A DNA stretch of 64,000 nt. Origin: a virus (Duplodnaviria > Caudoviricetes). Below are positions 28,001 through 37,615 of the stretch, piece by piece (position 1 is the first letter of the stretch; each line of letters starts with the position of its first letter). The notes beneath the pieces were generated by a model that did not search any database, was not told the DNA's origin, and was given only the letters and a program-made list of their open reading frames with translations. The stretch is from positions 5,532 to 69,531 of the IMG/VR virus record IMGVR_UViG_3300037400_003531; one strand, written 5' to 3'. A program made the translations under genes and the position numbers.

Positions 28001-29607
28001 AAGGGTCTACTGAACCATGACATCATTCCATAAACTCCGCCTTTTACTCGGTCTTCAATATTGTATAGCGAGGGTGTCAATATGCCTTGGGCTAATACGC
28101 TTCTGTCTCCATAATCAGGATATACTACTACAGGCCGCATCGCTACATAATCGTCCAATAAGCTACCTAATTCTACTAACCTTATTTCACCTCCAAAAGT
28201 AGCCAAACGCCTCTTTAAGTTATTCCGGTCGCTCGCCAGCACGTTTATACCATAGTTCATCAACTCCTTTACTTCACTTTGTGGTTTTAGGTTCTGTAAA
28301 AAATCATTTCCATTCGCACTATCACCACTTTCTATTCGCACTACATCACTCCAGTTCCCATATCGGTCCTGAAACTGTACTCCAAATCTATAGGTTTCAT
28401 GATACTTGAAATATCGTATTTCAGAAGCAGATTTGTCAAGCTGCGATTCCCATTCATATTTTCCAAGGGTTCTAGAAAGAGCTATCTCTTTGTTGTTTCT
28501 AAATCCCAAACTATTGAAAACGCCTCCTACCTGTGTCCCCAATTTTATTTTCGCTCTCACAGCACTACTTACATAATAGTGCTTTTCTTTGATATTACCG
28601 TAAAAGGCTGTATTGTCTTTTTGGGTCATCGTTTGGCAGGTGATGTCTTTCGCTCCGACATAAAGCAAATAGGTGCTTTCCATGTCCTCACCGGTCCTAT
28701 TTGTATCCACATAAACAGCTTGCCCTGCGCTATCTATGCTTAGGTCTGCCAGCCTCTTCACTATGGGTAGTCCGTCTTTCGAAATTCTGACGATGCTATA
28801 TAGCCGGACTCCATCATAGTCTTTTCTTAACCCTCTCATCAGTATTCGAAAGCTACAAGCCACATTCTCATCTGGCGCACTCCCTCGCTCGTCATCTGAT
28901 AGATAATGCATATCAGACACAGACACCACACTACTCTCTTGTGCATACTCATGATAGTAGGTAAAGGCATACTGAATCGTGCCACTGGGAAACAGACCAT
29001 TACTATTGTTTATGCGCTCTATGCTCATCGATTCACTCCCTCCTATCTCTTGAGCATAGTCGAAACTTTTATCATTGTAGGTCTTGTCTAATTGCATGAT
29101 GTTGATGAGCCTCGGCTGGTTCTTACCATCCGTCCAATAGACTTTTTGTATTTCTTCCGCTTCGTAAAAAGTCATTGCCTCTATTGGATATTCCAGGTCA
29201 AAGTTCAAATCTCCTTCATACAGCAAATATCCCTTTACCGGTGCTCCGTCACTTGCTCCGTCTTCAAAGTCTACACGATATATATAGTCCCTATTAATGG
29301 AAATCAGCTCTCCCGTTTCCGGATACCTAACCCAGATGATACCATGAGTGAATACTGCCATCTTGTTGCCTATGACTGCAACTCCTAGGACAGTTCCTTT
29401 TAGATTGTCCTTTATCCATTGACCATTGGTGTTGAATTTTACTGTTATTTCTGCTGGGCCCTTTTCGTTTGTTAATACAAACTTGCTCGTGTGGCGGTCT
29501 GTCACGAGTCTTAGGTTCCTATTCTCATAGGCAAACCGAGCATCGAACTTGCTCATCGCAAGGTCTCTGTTCATGCCTATAGGCGTAATCACTGCATTCT
29601 TTCTCAT
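25027..29607 (-). CDS. Muzzle / tail stabilization protein (P22 gp10-like)
   Basis: 1526 aa; GMNRDLAMSKF..FAYENRNLR, KVYWTDGKNQPRLINI, YFKYHETYRFGVQFQD, LEIANSGKVTG. Confidence 0.85.
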   Translation of the reverse strand: MRKNAVITPIGMNRDLAMSKFDARFAYENRNLRLVTDRHTSKFVLTNEKGPAEITVKFNTNGQWIKDNLKGTVLGVAVIGNKMAVFTHGIIWVRYPETGELISINRDYIYRVDFEDGASDGAPVKGYLLYEGDLNFDLEYPIEAMTFYEAEEIQKVYWTDGKNQPRLINIMQLDKTYNDKSFDYAQEIGGSESMSIERINNSNGLFPSGTIQYAFTYYHEYAQESSVVSVSDMHYLSDDERGSAPDENVACSFRILMRGLRKDYDGVRLYSIVRISKDGLPIVKRLADLSIDSAGQAVYVDTNRTGEDMESTYLLYVGAKDITCQTMTQKDNTAFYGNIKEKHYYVSSAVRAKIKLGTQVGGVFNSLGFRNNKEIALSRTLGKYEWESQLDKSASEIRYFKYHETYRFGVQFQDRYGNWSDVVRIESGDSANGNDFLQNLKPQSEVKELMNYGINVLASDRNNLKRRLATFGGEIRLVELGSLLDDYVAMRPVVVYPDYGDRSVLAQGILTPSLYNIEDRVKGGVYGMMSWFSRPLISEEDLSPADIDDLEEPNRITRHGGLEVRHFHPLPPTNRYYGSDGGYGSNAELVNNYEGYIANGSDSPFKTIDYTIWANVYPWQEKSVNNSQVTVENRASHLRSEFFVDQSIETFHSPEVEYLSEMAKMDMDGVKMRIVGLVPLTYHNEGVYMAAERIAEENYFHTPKREVQQGGVADTYMGQWQFTEFGGIQADFHDDYVGMDEENHHVDYYGTNKIYPFHTKTLTYEEVIENYDRLRGPGLGTFSPRYICESKSTLQKKIYDSIRYSFESIPLDDEVTIDIDKPSYFNTVDSGLVQFEVDGGAKIFDFSVNRMVVPNVRTKEWGNYEYTNHFVYPGIGTLVDRAAGQEDRRTTASSCVVGTEAVPVQYRGTTGMVLHLKSVTRNNKKEISALPKFGTYNDVYANNGTPLERSRGIEWADNTESAVTSRTFDMSGKRYMWDTIGQYGGFTQKSVIANTQLTNVICGNNYGIFYLAELYRDDQDIHNRFGGESEEALAANTWIVCGEAVSLRDSYNRLKSVVQIEWSMGDTYYQRYDNLHTIPNTEEDLNQIVDIVSFMCETRVNIDGRYDRNRGLENNENTRPTNSNRINEAYGQTPNYFQYRALDHRKKIQEEYPMTVAWTKTKQKGEFTDVFTNITLANTIDMDGAKGAIRGLVKHFDDILTFQDSGVGRILFNEQQAVQTESGVPLEIANSGKVTGSYYLNEHLGCHNKWSIVKSPLGTYFMDDGQRDLFYIDSQRSIHSIGVDKGLGSWAKEVADMSHIWGLNRFECLRGLYDKKNSEVMFVTRTAALSYSEQIGYFTSFYDYEGTPFMESVLGHEIMLRTMGSDYAGSGAKTILYEHNAGRYNYYFGSFRTYWTELICHSDGSDKDSTLADKTWTNVSFQFDTFDDSQEDQKDRYKEWEHFDRLDCMTEYQQGTTTWEGLYPRIAKKFRMWHSDMPRDGYTEKEYGQMTDRFRNPWIKLRLTKTKNLDKDWRSVLHSVIVGYLE

Positions 29608-30026
29608 TTCTTCTTCCTTTCGTAACTAAAGACTTTCTCTCCCTTCATCAATCGGTCGTGCAAACGTTTATTCAGTTCTTCACTGATTCGAACAAAATAC
29701 AATCTCGCTTTGGATGTCTTTCCTTTGTGCCACATGAAGTAATATTGTATCTTTGAGATATTTTTATATCTACGCTTATGATTCGGGTCCGAATTCATCT
29801 TTTCCCAGTCATATATCTTATTCTGGAACTCATAATTCTCTGTCGCAACTAAATTGATCTCTCCCATATCATAAAGCAATTTCAGGATATATCCTTCGTC
29901 CATCATCTTATCTCCCAAGCGATACAATAGTTCATCCATAAGCTCCTTCATTTTCGCTTTTGGTATTGGTTCTCCCACCCTTTTAACTGTCATATTCAAC
30001 CAGTTCGTTTCTTGGCTATAAGGCAT
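29604..30026 (-). CDS. crAss-like IHF/HU-like basic protein (start may be 30026 or 30074)
   Basis: Located between ring and muzzle genes; LLYDMGEINLV...YYFMWHK pattern. Confidence 0.55.
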   Translation of the reverse strand: MPYSQETNWLNMTVKRVGEPIPKAKMKELMDELLYRLGDKMMDEGYILKLLYDMGEINLVATENYEFQNKIYDWEKMNSDPNHKRRYKNISKIQYYFMWHKGKTSKARLYFVRISEELNKRLHDRLMKGEKVFSYERKKK

Positions 30027-30768
30027 TCTTTTCCTCCTCTCCTTGACTTCCTTGAATCTTGCGCTTGAAAGCATTATTTGTGTATACTTGTAATGCTCTT
30101 GCAAATTCTGACAAGTCATCATTTGCGTTATTCTTATCGTCCCTGGGCTGCCATGCGGCCGCTGTGATCTCCATCGTTACATATTTCATCAGCAACGGTA
30201 TGCGCCCTGCCTCCATTGGAAACTCCCGGTCTTCTATGTCGCACGCCACTACTTCACAGTTGTCGTCACACTCCATGTCACCCGCCGCCTCTATGTCGTC
30301 AAACAGGGCCGTCATTCTTATCCGCTCCAGATGCATAAATCCCATATTATGTCCCGTCACATATAGTTTGCCATCCGGTCCTATCGTCACGTAAATCAAC
30401 CCATACAGCCATTTATTGTATCCTACAAACTGAAATTGCTGGTAGGGCACCCACTGAAATCTATATCCATACAGAAAGCCTGCTGGTGGGGCAACATTCA
30501 CGCTGCCTCTTCCTATCACTGTTGGCACCTTTTCTGTGCTAACTAAATACGACTTACCACCACAGATGTTGCCATCATTGCCAGATTCTACATCTACACA
30601 TATTGATTGATAGTCAGCGTCTTTTATTTTTGTGTTCGGATTCGAAAGCAAATAGTTTCGGTATTTGCTCATCAGAAAGATGATATGGTCAATGTTGATT
30701 ATCGCATCATCACTTATCGTCTTCGAAAAGTCCTGGATAGCATGTGCTATCTGTCCAAATGTCGCCAT
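30016..30768 (-). CDS. Tail tubular / ring protein
   Basis: MATFGQI..ISDDAIINIDHIIFLMSKYR..DYQSICVDVE...EFPME..QPRDDKNNANDDL. Confidence 0.8.
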   Translation of the reverse strand: MATFGQIAHAIQDFSKTISDDAIINIDHIIFLMSKYRNYLLSNPNTKIKDADYQSICVDVESGNDGNICGGKSYLVSTEKVPTVIGRGSVNVAPPAGFLYGYRFQWVPYQQFQFVGYNKWLYGLIYVTIGPDGKLYVTGHNMGFMHLERIRMTALFDDIEAAGDMECDDNCEVVACDIEDREFPMEAGRIPLLMKYVTMEITAAAWQPRDDKNNANDDLSEFARALQVYTNNAFKRKIQGSQGEEEKNAL

Positions 30769-30786
30769 AGTACTTTTTTTTATTCA

Positions 30787-30840
30787 TGCAAAAGTACTAT
30801 TTATATACAGCATCTTTCTTTTATCAAAGTTTCATCCTTT
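30787..30840 (-). promoter_or_regulatory. Boxed (putative late) promoter 3, for ring/muzzle/cargo operon
   Basis: -7 box at 30787-30796; dyad aaagtttcatccttt at 30826-30840; 29-nt gap. Confidence 0.8.
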
Positions 30841-30885
30841 ATATTATCCCCTCTATCTCTTCTATCTACTCTAGTGTATATACAT

Positions 30886-30917
30886 AAAAAAAAGAGGAAT
30901 TGTGAAATTCCTCTTTT
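30886..30917 (-). terminator. Intrinsic terminator ending the capsid operon
   Basis: AAGAGGAAT-N6-ATTCCTCTT with T8 on the minus strand. Confidence 0.8.
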
Positions 30918-30936
30918 CCCTTATTGTGGTTAATTT

Positions 30937-32085
30937 TTAATTACCACTGGTAGTGTCCTCACCACTGGTAGTATCCTCATCACTGGTATTGTCAGTAATG
31001 GGTTCTACCTGCTTTGTTCTAGAGTTATACTGCAAACCCAAAGCGGTGAGTACATCAGTCAATTGAGTAGGAGGCGTAGCAGTGGCGCCTTTCCCTGAGC
31101 CGACCATTGCAAAAGAAAGCTCTTTCAGATTTCGACTCGAAGGGGCACCCATCTTCGGCAGCGTCTCGTAAGCAATATCCAACACCCAGTAATCGGCAGC
31201 ATTGGCATCCAACATGGCATCATCAATCAGACCATCCATCACGCTATCCCAACCGGCAAACCCACTGCAGGTGTCTGCCATGGTTTCGACACTGTTCATT
31301 TGGGAGACTTTCTCCAGCCCCCAAATCAGATAGGCATTGTTGTAGCTCTTGGTTGACTCTTCTACTCCGTTATACTGCTTATGAGCCTGAGCAGCAGTGG
31401 CAACCTCTGAAGCCCACTGCCATTCCTCCTTATCAACACTATCAACTCTCCCTGCATATTTTGTCACAAGGTTTGTCGTTATATACATTTCAATGGGCTG
31501 CGGGTCCATTTGCATCTCCATGCGACGGCGTGTAGGTCTCTGCTCAGGAAAGGTGTTGTCTTCCAGAATCACCTTGCCGTTAGTGGTGTCTGCGGTGGCT
31601 TTGATGGGCTTCATCCCTTTGATGTACTGGTTGTTGATTTCTGCTGCCATGTCGCTAGCCAACGAACCTTTTGTGGAGTTGTTTTTTACCATTATTGTAG
31701 CAAACTTTTCCCATCGGTCGGTCAGGCCATAGCCATACAGGTTGGTGAAATGCATGTACACTGTCAACAAGGTGCCTGGAATTACGCCATCAGTACCAGT
31801 TACGGCAGGCGTTGCGTCGGCATCAGCATTGACTCGAATGTCTGGCATAGTGATTTCCCACTTTCTGAACACCGGAGCAGTTGGTCGGCTCAGTCGCACA
31901 CGTTTGATCCAGTCTAAACAGAACTGGTCGGTGGTAATGACCTCAGCACGTTCTGCGTCAGTAGTAGGGCCACCTGTCTTTTGGATTTTGAAATAAACTC
32001 TACCGTCTTTCTTTTGGTTTACAACTTCCTGACCTATTTTCAGAACATGGAAGTTCTTAACGATAACTTCATTCCCTAGATTCAT
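30937..32085 (-). CDS. Auxiliary capsid / head decoration protein
   Basis: 382 aa; position in the capsid operon; followed by a terminator; C-terminal (EDTTSG)-type 18-bp tandem repeats at 30943-30995. Confidence 0.6.
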   Translation of the reverse strand: MNLGNEVIVKNFHVLKIGQEVVNQKKDGRVYFKIQKTGGPTTDAERAEVITTDQFCLDWIKRVRLSRPTAPVFRKWEITMPDIRVNADADATPAVTGTDGVIPGTLLTVYMHFTNLYGYGLTDRWEKFATIMVKNNSTKGSLASDMAAEINNQYIKGMKPIKATADTTNGKVILEDNTFPEQRPTRRRMEMQMDPQPIEMYITTNLVTKYAGRVDSVDKEEWQWASEVATAAQAHKQYNGVEESTKSYNNAYLIWGLEKVSQMNSVETMADTCSGFAGWDSVMDGLIDDAMLDANAADYWVLDIAYETLPKMGAPSSRNLKELSFAMVGSGKGATATPPTQLTDVLTALGLQYNSRTKQVEPITDNTSDEDTTSGEDTTSGN

Positions 32086-32144
32086 AATTCTTTTATTTTT
32101 TAGTGAAACATAATATTTTGAAACTTTTTTCTATCACCTCTATC

Positions 32145-32837
32145 CTAAGACTTATAATGCTGGTAGGCTTTCGTCGCTGCCGCCTGCACTATCACATTGT
32201 CGTATATCTGGTCCAGCACAGGTTCTCGCTCTTGGTTGAATCCGTCTATCGCATAGTCTGCAACTGTCCCCTCCGTCAGTATTATCGGCGTGGGACGCTC
32301 CACATAACGCACAAAGTAGTCCCCTTGGCTTTTACATACCACTTCCGCATAGATGTCACCGGCACCTCCGATGTCTAACCGCAGCCCCCTCCGCTCGTTA
32401 TATCTGAATGGGTTCCTATACACATTGTAGAAGTCGTCATGCGCAATTGGCTGCAATAGCACATCTTTCTGCATTTTGCATCGCCCTACGCTCCCTCGTC
32501 TTCTCAGCACTTCATAGATAACGTATAACACCGCATTCTTCTCTTCGCCCATATCATCTGTGATTGTAGGCAATTTGTAAAATACGCTCTCTTCCGCTAT
32601 CTTCTCCAGACTTACTACACTAGGGGTCACTATCAAACTATTGACCAATGGAACTATGGCTTTACGAGAACGCTCATCATACTCATAACTTTCGTACAAT
32701 GTTCGCACAAGCTCGTTCTGGGCATCGCTTAGATAGATGCTTATCTCTTCCAATGTCAGACCAGGGGCCTGCTGGCTGCTCACGTTGTCGTAAAACAGCT
32801 GGAAGGTGTCGTAAAGCTCTTTGTTCCTTGTAGTCAT
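32145..32837 (-). CDS. Tail ring protein
   Basis: FQLFYDNVSSQQAPGLTLEEISIYLSDAQNELV...YFVRYVERPTPIILT. Confidence 0.8.
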   Translation of the reverse strand: MTTRNKELYDTFQLFYDNVSSQQAPGLTLEEISIYLSDAQNELVRTLYESYEYDERSRKAIVPLVNSLIVTPSVVSLEKIAEESVFYKLPTITDDMGEEKNAVLYVIYEVLRRRGSVGRCKMQKDVLLQPIAHDDFYNVYRNPFRYNERRGLRLDIGGAGDIYAEVVCKSQGDYFVRYVERPTPIILTEGTVADYAIDGFNQEREPVLDQIYDNVIVQAAATKAYQHYKS

Positions 32838-32840
32838 TTC

Positions 32841-33662
32841 TTATAGTTCTGTGATTACGATTTTTCTGATTTGGACTCCCATTGGGCATCCTTCCTGATT
32901 CTCCGTATTTTCACGTTCTATCAAAGGCAGGATTCCGTTTTGCTTGAATAGATCATAAACAAACAAACGGCCTTTCTGCGTCCAATAGGTCCACATCACT
33001 GTCTTAACACCCTTGCCATTCTCCACGGCACTTGTCTTAGACTGCGTATATCCATTTCCAATTAACCATTGGCCATTCATTTTGCGCTGTATTCCCAAGG
33101 AAGCAAGTTTCTGATTGAACGCCTTGGCCGACATACCATAGTCTGCCGCTATCTGCGTAGTGGTCACTAGGTCCGGACTATGAAGAACCTGGTCATAATA
33201 ACTGACCTTCGGCTCCATCTCTTCTATTCGCTCTGTCAGCTTTAGGTTCTCTCTCTCGGCCAGCTGTCTGCGCTCATATTCGTCTGCCCATGCTCGGGCA
33301 GCTTCGGCAGGATTCGAAAAGTCAGGCATCATTGAATAACCTTTACTGATAAGTTCCTTAATTCGGTCATTACACCAGATGGCGAATATAGGTGAAAGCC
33401 ATCTGGCAAACTCCATGGCTACATCTTCATGCATCCAGGTGCCACCATTATCACCATGTATAACTTTCACTAAATCAGACGAGACGCTTTTTCTCATCTC
33501 GCATAATGCTGCAATAAAGTTCTTGGTAGACTGATTATTCATCCAATCAATAATTCTCTTTCCGAACGGCTTAGCCATCTCAGTCGCATTCACCATCACA
33601 TTATTTTCTTTTGTAAAGGTGATAGGGTTGCCTTCATATGTGTATGTTTCAATTTTTGCCAT
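32841..33662 (-). CDS. Antirepressor: KilA-N + ANT/KilAC
   Basis: VNATEMAKPFGK..GGTWMHEDVAMEFARWLSP; FSNPAEAARAWADE..PKVSYYD..TTTQIAADYGMSA..N..L. Confidence 0.9.
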   Translation of the reverse strand: MAKIETYTYEGNPITFTKENNVMVNATEMAKPFGKRIIDWMNNQSTKNFIAALCEMRKSVSSDLVKVIHGDNGGTWMHEDVAMEFARWLSPIFAIWCNDRIKELISKGYSMMPDFSNPAEAARAWADEYERRQLAERENLKLTERIEEMEPKVSYYDQVLHSPDLVTTTQIAADYGMSAKAFNQKLASLGIQRKMNGQWLIGNGYTQSKTSAVENGKGVKTVMWTYWTQKGRLFVYDLFKQNGILPLIERENTENQEGCPMGVQIRKIVITEL

Positions 33663-33672
33663 GTCCTCCTCC

Positions 33673-34638
33673 TTACTTTCTCAGTTTTCTCTGTATCTCC
33701 ATGTACAGGTCGTGGTTCTCCGGCTCGTTCAGCCACTTTGCCGCATTCCCTAGTCTTGGCTCCTCTCCATCAAAACACATCTTCTGATGCTCTTTCTTGG
33801 TATAGAAGAAACCTATGTTCTGATCATACAGCACTTCTTTGATTCGCGCAGCAGCCACCAGCAGGGCCTTGGTCTCCAACATCGGGTCGTCGAAGTAGCC
33901 TTTGACCCGCTTAAGGTCATTGTCGATATAATTCGTCACTTTCAGCTGTAACATGTCAAGGCTTACAACTCGCGACTCATGGCGATTATCCATCATAAAG
34001 ATGATATAGCGCAGCACCTCTTCATCGTTCTGATACTTGCCGTACTTCATGAATGTCTCATACTTCATGTTGGCCTTCTTACTCTTGTTCTCTACCTCGG
34101 CTTTCTCACTGCTCATGTAGAACAGCTGGGTGGCACGCGGATTGTTCTCCAGTTCTTCAAGACTTCCTGCTACTATTTCTTTATGCAGCAAAAGAATCTT
34201 GTAGTAGAAGTAATCACGGATATTGTCTAGGTGTAACACCAAACCACTTTTCTTTAACACCACACAGTTCCAGGCCCCTTCGGCTCCAGTATGCCAGTAG
34301 CTCGGCTCACCATGCTTGCCATACACGCTCAGGTCGCGACCTAACACTTTCTCAAAGTAGGCTTTTTCGTCTTTCGTCAGCGGGTTCATCAGCTCGCTGC
34401 TGCCCCTCTTCGTAGGCACATACAGCGGCCATTCGCTGCGGGAGCCCATTCCGCCATAGAAGTCTCCATCTTTATCTGCCGTAATACCGCGGTAACGCTC
34501 AATAAAACGTACCACAATAACATCTGGACGCAGTGGGTTCAATTCTACTTCCTCTTTCGGTGTCTCTTCCGTTACAGGTTCTTTCAACAAAGTATTGTCT
34601 TCAAGTCCTGATTGTTTTTCTTTTTTTACATAAGCCAT
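33673..34638 (-). CDS. Conserved crAss-like protein downstream of MCP
   Basis: LMNPLTKDEKAYFE..SYWHT..LHLDNIRDYFYYKILL; synteny with MCP. Confidence 0.8.
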   Translation of the reverse strand: MAYVKKEKQSGLEDNTLLKEPVTEETPKEEVELNPLRPDVIVVRFIERYRGITADKDGDFYGGMGSRSEWPLYVPTKRGSSELMNPLTKDEKAYFEKVLGRDLSVYGKHGEPSYWHTGAEGAWNCVVLKKSGLVLHLDNIRDYFYYKILLLHKEIVAGSLEELENNPRATQLFYMSSEKAEVENKSKKANMKYETFMKYGKYQNDEEVLRYIIFMMDNRHESRVVSLDMLQLKVTNYIDNDLKRVKGYFDDPMLETKALLVAAARIKEVLYDQNIGFFYTKKEHQKMCFDGEEPRLGNAAKWLNEPENHDLYMEIQRKLRK

Positions 34639-34706
34639 TTTTAATCTCCTTTTTTATGTTCTTATAGATTCTTTTAATATCTTTATGTTTTTTCTTATTC
34701 TAGAAC

Positions 34707-34732
34707 CTGTAGGGCAGTCTCCCGCCCCACAG
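34707..34732 (-). terminator. GNRA-capped hairpin after MCP (leaky terminator or 3' stabiliser)
   Basis: CTGTGGGGCGG-GAGA-CTGCCCTACAG, 11 bp, weak U tract. Confidence 0.65.
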
Positions 34733-34748
34733 ATTGTTTTGGCTTGGT

Positions 34749-36287
34749 TTAGCCAAGCACATAGCCCGAAGGCTTATACACGAGACATCTGTATGGGTCG
34801 CGTACATAACCACCAAAGGTGGCCATGACTCCCATAGAGCTCTCGTCCTTGCCATGGGCTCGAAGGTTATTAGGCAGAGAAAATCCCCAAGGATTGCGGG
34901 CACCGATGACATAGAAGAACTCATCTTCAAACTTGGTATCTTTCAGTCGGCAGTTCACAAAGTTCGGGAATGCTTCGTTGCCCAGGTCCATGATGTAGTA
35001 TACATGCGAACTCATCGTACCAATACCATCGGGACCGGGCTCCATGTTTCTGTCGGGATCGTCGAGCTGGGCATCCACCATAAAGTTTAGCTCGATTCCC
35101 ATAGGTGCGCGGTAGGTGGTAAACTGAGCACCATAGCCGAGGGCAACACTGGCATCCTTACTCGATACTCGATTGACAATACCCAATGTCGAGGAAATCT
35201 CCAACTGGGTCCATCCCTTGGTTTGGCTCTCAATCCATTGGCTGGCCTGTTTCATGCCATAGGCTCCGGTCACTACAACCCACTTACGGCGGTTCAAAGG
35301 CACCTTTCCTTCGATGACGGCCTTGGTCAGCATGTTCACCATGGGCTCCAGGCTGAAATAACGGCCAAATCCGTTATACTCGCCTACATTGCCGCGCTCA
35401 ATCTGGGCAATGAAACCGTCGCCCTGCTTCTCCACGTTGCCGCTCTCACCCAGATTCAGGTACAGGCCGCTGGCAGTGCGGTTGCTGCGGGCAAAAAGAC
35501 GTACTCGACTTTTCTCTTCTTTCCACTCTTCACGGAAAATCTCCGACTCCAGGTCAAACCACGAATGGTATACACCTTTCTGACCACTGCTGGTCACGAC
35601 AGGTATGTCTACCAGGAATGCCTGCTGTCGGTCGGCTCGGCCGGTAAAGGTCTTGTCCTTACGGATGGTAGTCCATTCACTGCGGTCTCTGCTCATGGTT
35701 TGAGCTCTAATACCGCCACGGGGATTTGAGCCCTCCGACTCGGCAAGGCTGTACTCGTAGGTAAACTGCTCGCCGCTGTACAGCAGGTCTTTCTGCATAC
35801 CGGTATCGTTGCCTGTCACCAGCTGCACCTCGTACACGGTATCGCTGCCCTCACTGATAGGCTGCTGCACAATCTGCATCTGATAGTGGCTGCGCATTCT
35901 GCCGATAAGCAACTCGCCAAAATGGAAAAGCTTGGTACGAAAGACGAGGAAGAAATGCTCTCCACCTACACCGATGGGGCCGCCAGTATAGTTCTCGTCA
36001 ATCACGGTGCCATCCATCAGACGTGCCTCTTTCAGCTCACACCGTTTCAGGCGGCGGCCGATAGTCTGCCAGCTAAAGGGACGGTCATCGTCAAAGTACT
36101 CCGTCTTCTGATTGCTGATGAGTGTGTCGAAATTTACGTCGTCATTCTCCGTTCCAAATCGTTGGATTACTTCTGGGATGCTGATGTCTTTCAACATTCC
36201 CAAGGCTGCTAAGTGTTTACGATGGGTGACCTCGGTGGCTATAGTCTGAGGTCTGGTAAACTGATACGGTCTAAAATTACTTGGCAT
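34749..36287 (-). CDS. Major capsid protein
   Basis: 512 aa; strongly C-ending codons suggest high expression; follows scaffold; GIELNFMVDAQLDD motif; crAss-like synteny. Confidence 0.9.
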   Translation of the reverse strand: MPSNFRPYQFTRPQTIATEVTHRKHLAALGMLKDISIPEVIQRFGTENDDVNFDTLISNQKTEYFDDDRPFSWQTIGRRLKRCELKEARLMDGTVIDENYTGGPIGVGGEHFFLVFRTKLFHFGELLIGRMRSHYQMQIVQQPISEGSDTVYEVQLVTGNDTGMQKDLLYSGEQFTYEYSLAESEGSNPRGGIRAQTMSRDRSEWTTIRKDKTFTGRADRQQAFLVDIPVVTSSGQKGVYHSWFDLESEIFREEWKEEKSRVRLFARSNRTASGLYLNLGESGNVEKQGDGFIAQIERGNVGEYNGFGRYFSLEPMVNMLTKAVIEGKVPLNRRKWVVVTGAYGMKQASQWIESQTKGWTQLEISSTLGIVNRVSSKDASVALGYGAQFTTYRAPMGIELNFMVDAQLDDPDRNMEPGPDGIGTMSSHVYYIMDLGNEAFPNFVNCRLKDTKFEDEFFYVIGARNPWGFSLPNNLRAHGKDESSMGVMATFGGYVRDPYRCLVYKPSGYVLG

Positions 36288-36326
36288 TGTTTCTTATTTT
36301 TTGGTTGATATTCTACTTTTTCTTCT

Positions 36327-37562
36327 CTATTCGTCGGTGGCTAGCCCTTTTATCTGGTCAAAGTCTATCACCTGGCTGAGACCTTCCGTGGGTGCAAAGC
36401 TACCATTCGGCTTACGCGAGGTTCCGTTCACAAAGGCATCTTCAAGCCGTTTGTTTATCTGCTTCTCCGCTTCACTTACCGGCCCTTTGAAGAGCTTCGA
36501 GAAGTCTTTTCCTTCGTTGGTTAACACCAGTATGGTGGCAAACAATCGATTCGCTTCGTCTGTGTGCTCTCGGCAAAACTTCGTCAGCCCACTCACTTTC
36601 ACCGGGTCTCCTTTACTGTCTCGAACCACATTGCCATCTGCATCTTTCAGCTCATACGTCGGCTTACCAATGTAGTCGAAGATTTCTTCCCGCTGGCTCT
36701 TTCCTACCTTCAGGTCCTCCAGGTAGCCCTTGCCGTTCATCACCTCCTCACGCATGGCTTCCATTCGCTTTCGGTTATCCTCTAGCTGTTTCTCACGGGC
36801 TTCCTTGGCTTCTGCCACGGCATTCTTGTAGGCATTGCTGTAGGTCTCTCGGCAGAACTTTAATGCCTTTTTGGCATCATCCCTGTCTTTGCCACTGTCG
36901 AAACTCTTATCGATGAGTTCCTTCATGTCTTCATCGGAGTATCGTTTCAGTCGGTACTGCAATGTCAGAATGGCTTTTCGCGCTTCATCGCCGTTCGGAC
37001 CTTCTTCTTCCAGCAGCTTCTCGTCATAGTCGTTCAGTCGCTTCGTCTCGCGCTCGTAGAACTGCACTGCGCTAGGGTTCATCCCAGTGCTCAGTATCTC
37101 TTCCAGTCGCTTCTGATTTTCGGCTAACCGCTTTTGGTCATCGCTCCGCAGATTCTCGATCTCCTGCTGGAATAGGTCTTTTAGTTCACTAGCTTCTTTT
37201 ACCGATGCCAGTGTCTTATCATCAAGTGTGCGTAGAACACCAACCTTTTTCAAATCTTGTAAAGCCAAGGCAATGGAGGATGGTGTTTCAGGAGAACCTT
37301 GACCTTTCGGGTCGGTGTCCTCGCTCACTTCTTTTTCCTCTTCCTCTTCTTGCCTACCTTGTCTGGACGTGTTTTTTTCTTCGCCCTCGGCTTCCGAGTT
37401 ATTTTTCTTTGTTTCTTCCTTTCCCTCTGGTTCCTTGCCCTCTTCCTCTTCGACTACCTCTTTCTCCCCTTCTGTCTTCCCTAGCAATTCATCCAAAGGG
37501 ACGAAGTCGGGATCATCCACCAGAACGATTCCTGCTCCGTAATTATCAAAATCATCTGCCAT
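36327..37562 (-). CDS. Scaffolding-like protein upstream of MCP
   Basis: Acidic, low-complexity N-half and helical C-half; synteny. Confidence 0.75.
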   Translation of the reverse strand: MADDFDNYGAGIVLVDDPDFVPLDELLGKTEGEKEVVEEEEGKEPEGKEETKKNNSEAEGEEKNTSRQGRQEEEEEKEVSEDTDPKGQGSPETPSSIALALQDLKKVGVLRTLDDKTLASVKEASELKDLFQQEIENLRSDDQKRLAENQKRLEEILSTGMNPSAVQFYERETKRLNDYDEKLLEEEGPNGDEARKAILTLQYRLKRYSDEDMKELIDKSFDSGKDRDDAKKALKFCRETYSNAYKNAVAEAKEAREKQLEDNRKRMEAMREEVMNGKGYLEDLKVGKSQREEIFDYIGKPTYELKDADGNVVRDSKGDPVKVSGLTKFCREHTDEANRLFATILVLTNEGKDFSKLFKGPVSEAEKQINKRLEDAFVNGTSRKPNGSFAPTEGLSQVIDFDQIKGLATDE

Positions 37563-37615
37563 TTTTATCTCCTTTTGTTATTATATTATTTTTTTGTACG
37601 TTATAATTTTTCACC

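Noticed and set aside
30943-30995. 18-bp tandem repeats at the 3' end of the auxiliary capsid gene as a phase-variation device
   Set aside because: They are in-frame and encode only a short flexible EDTTSG tail.
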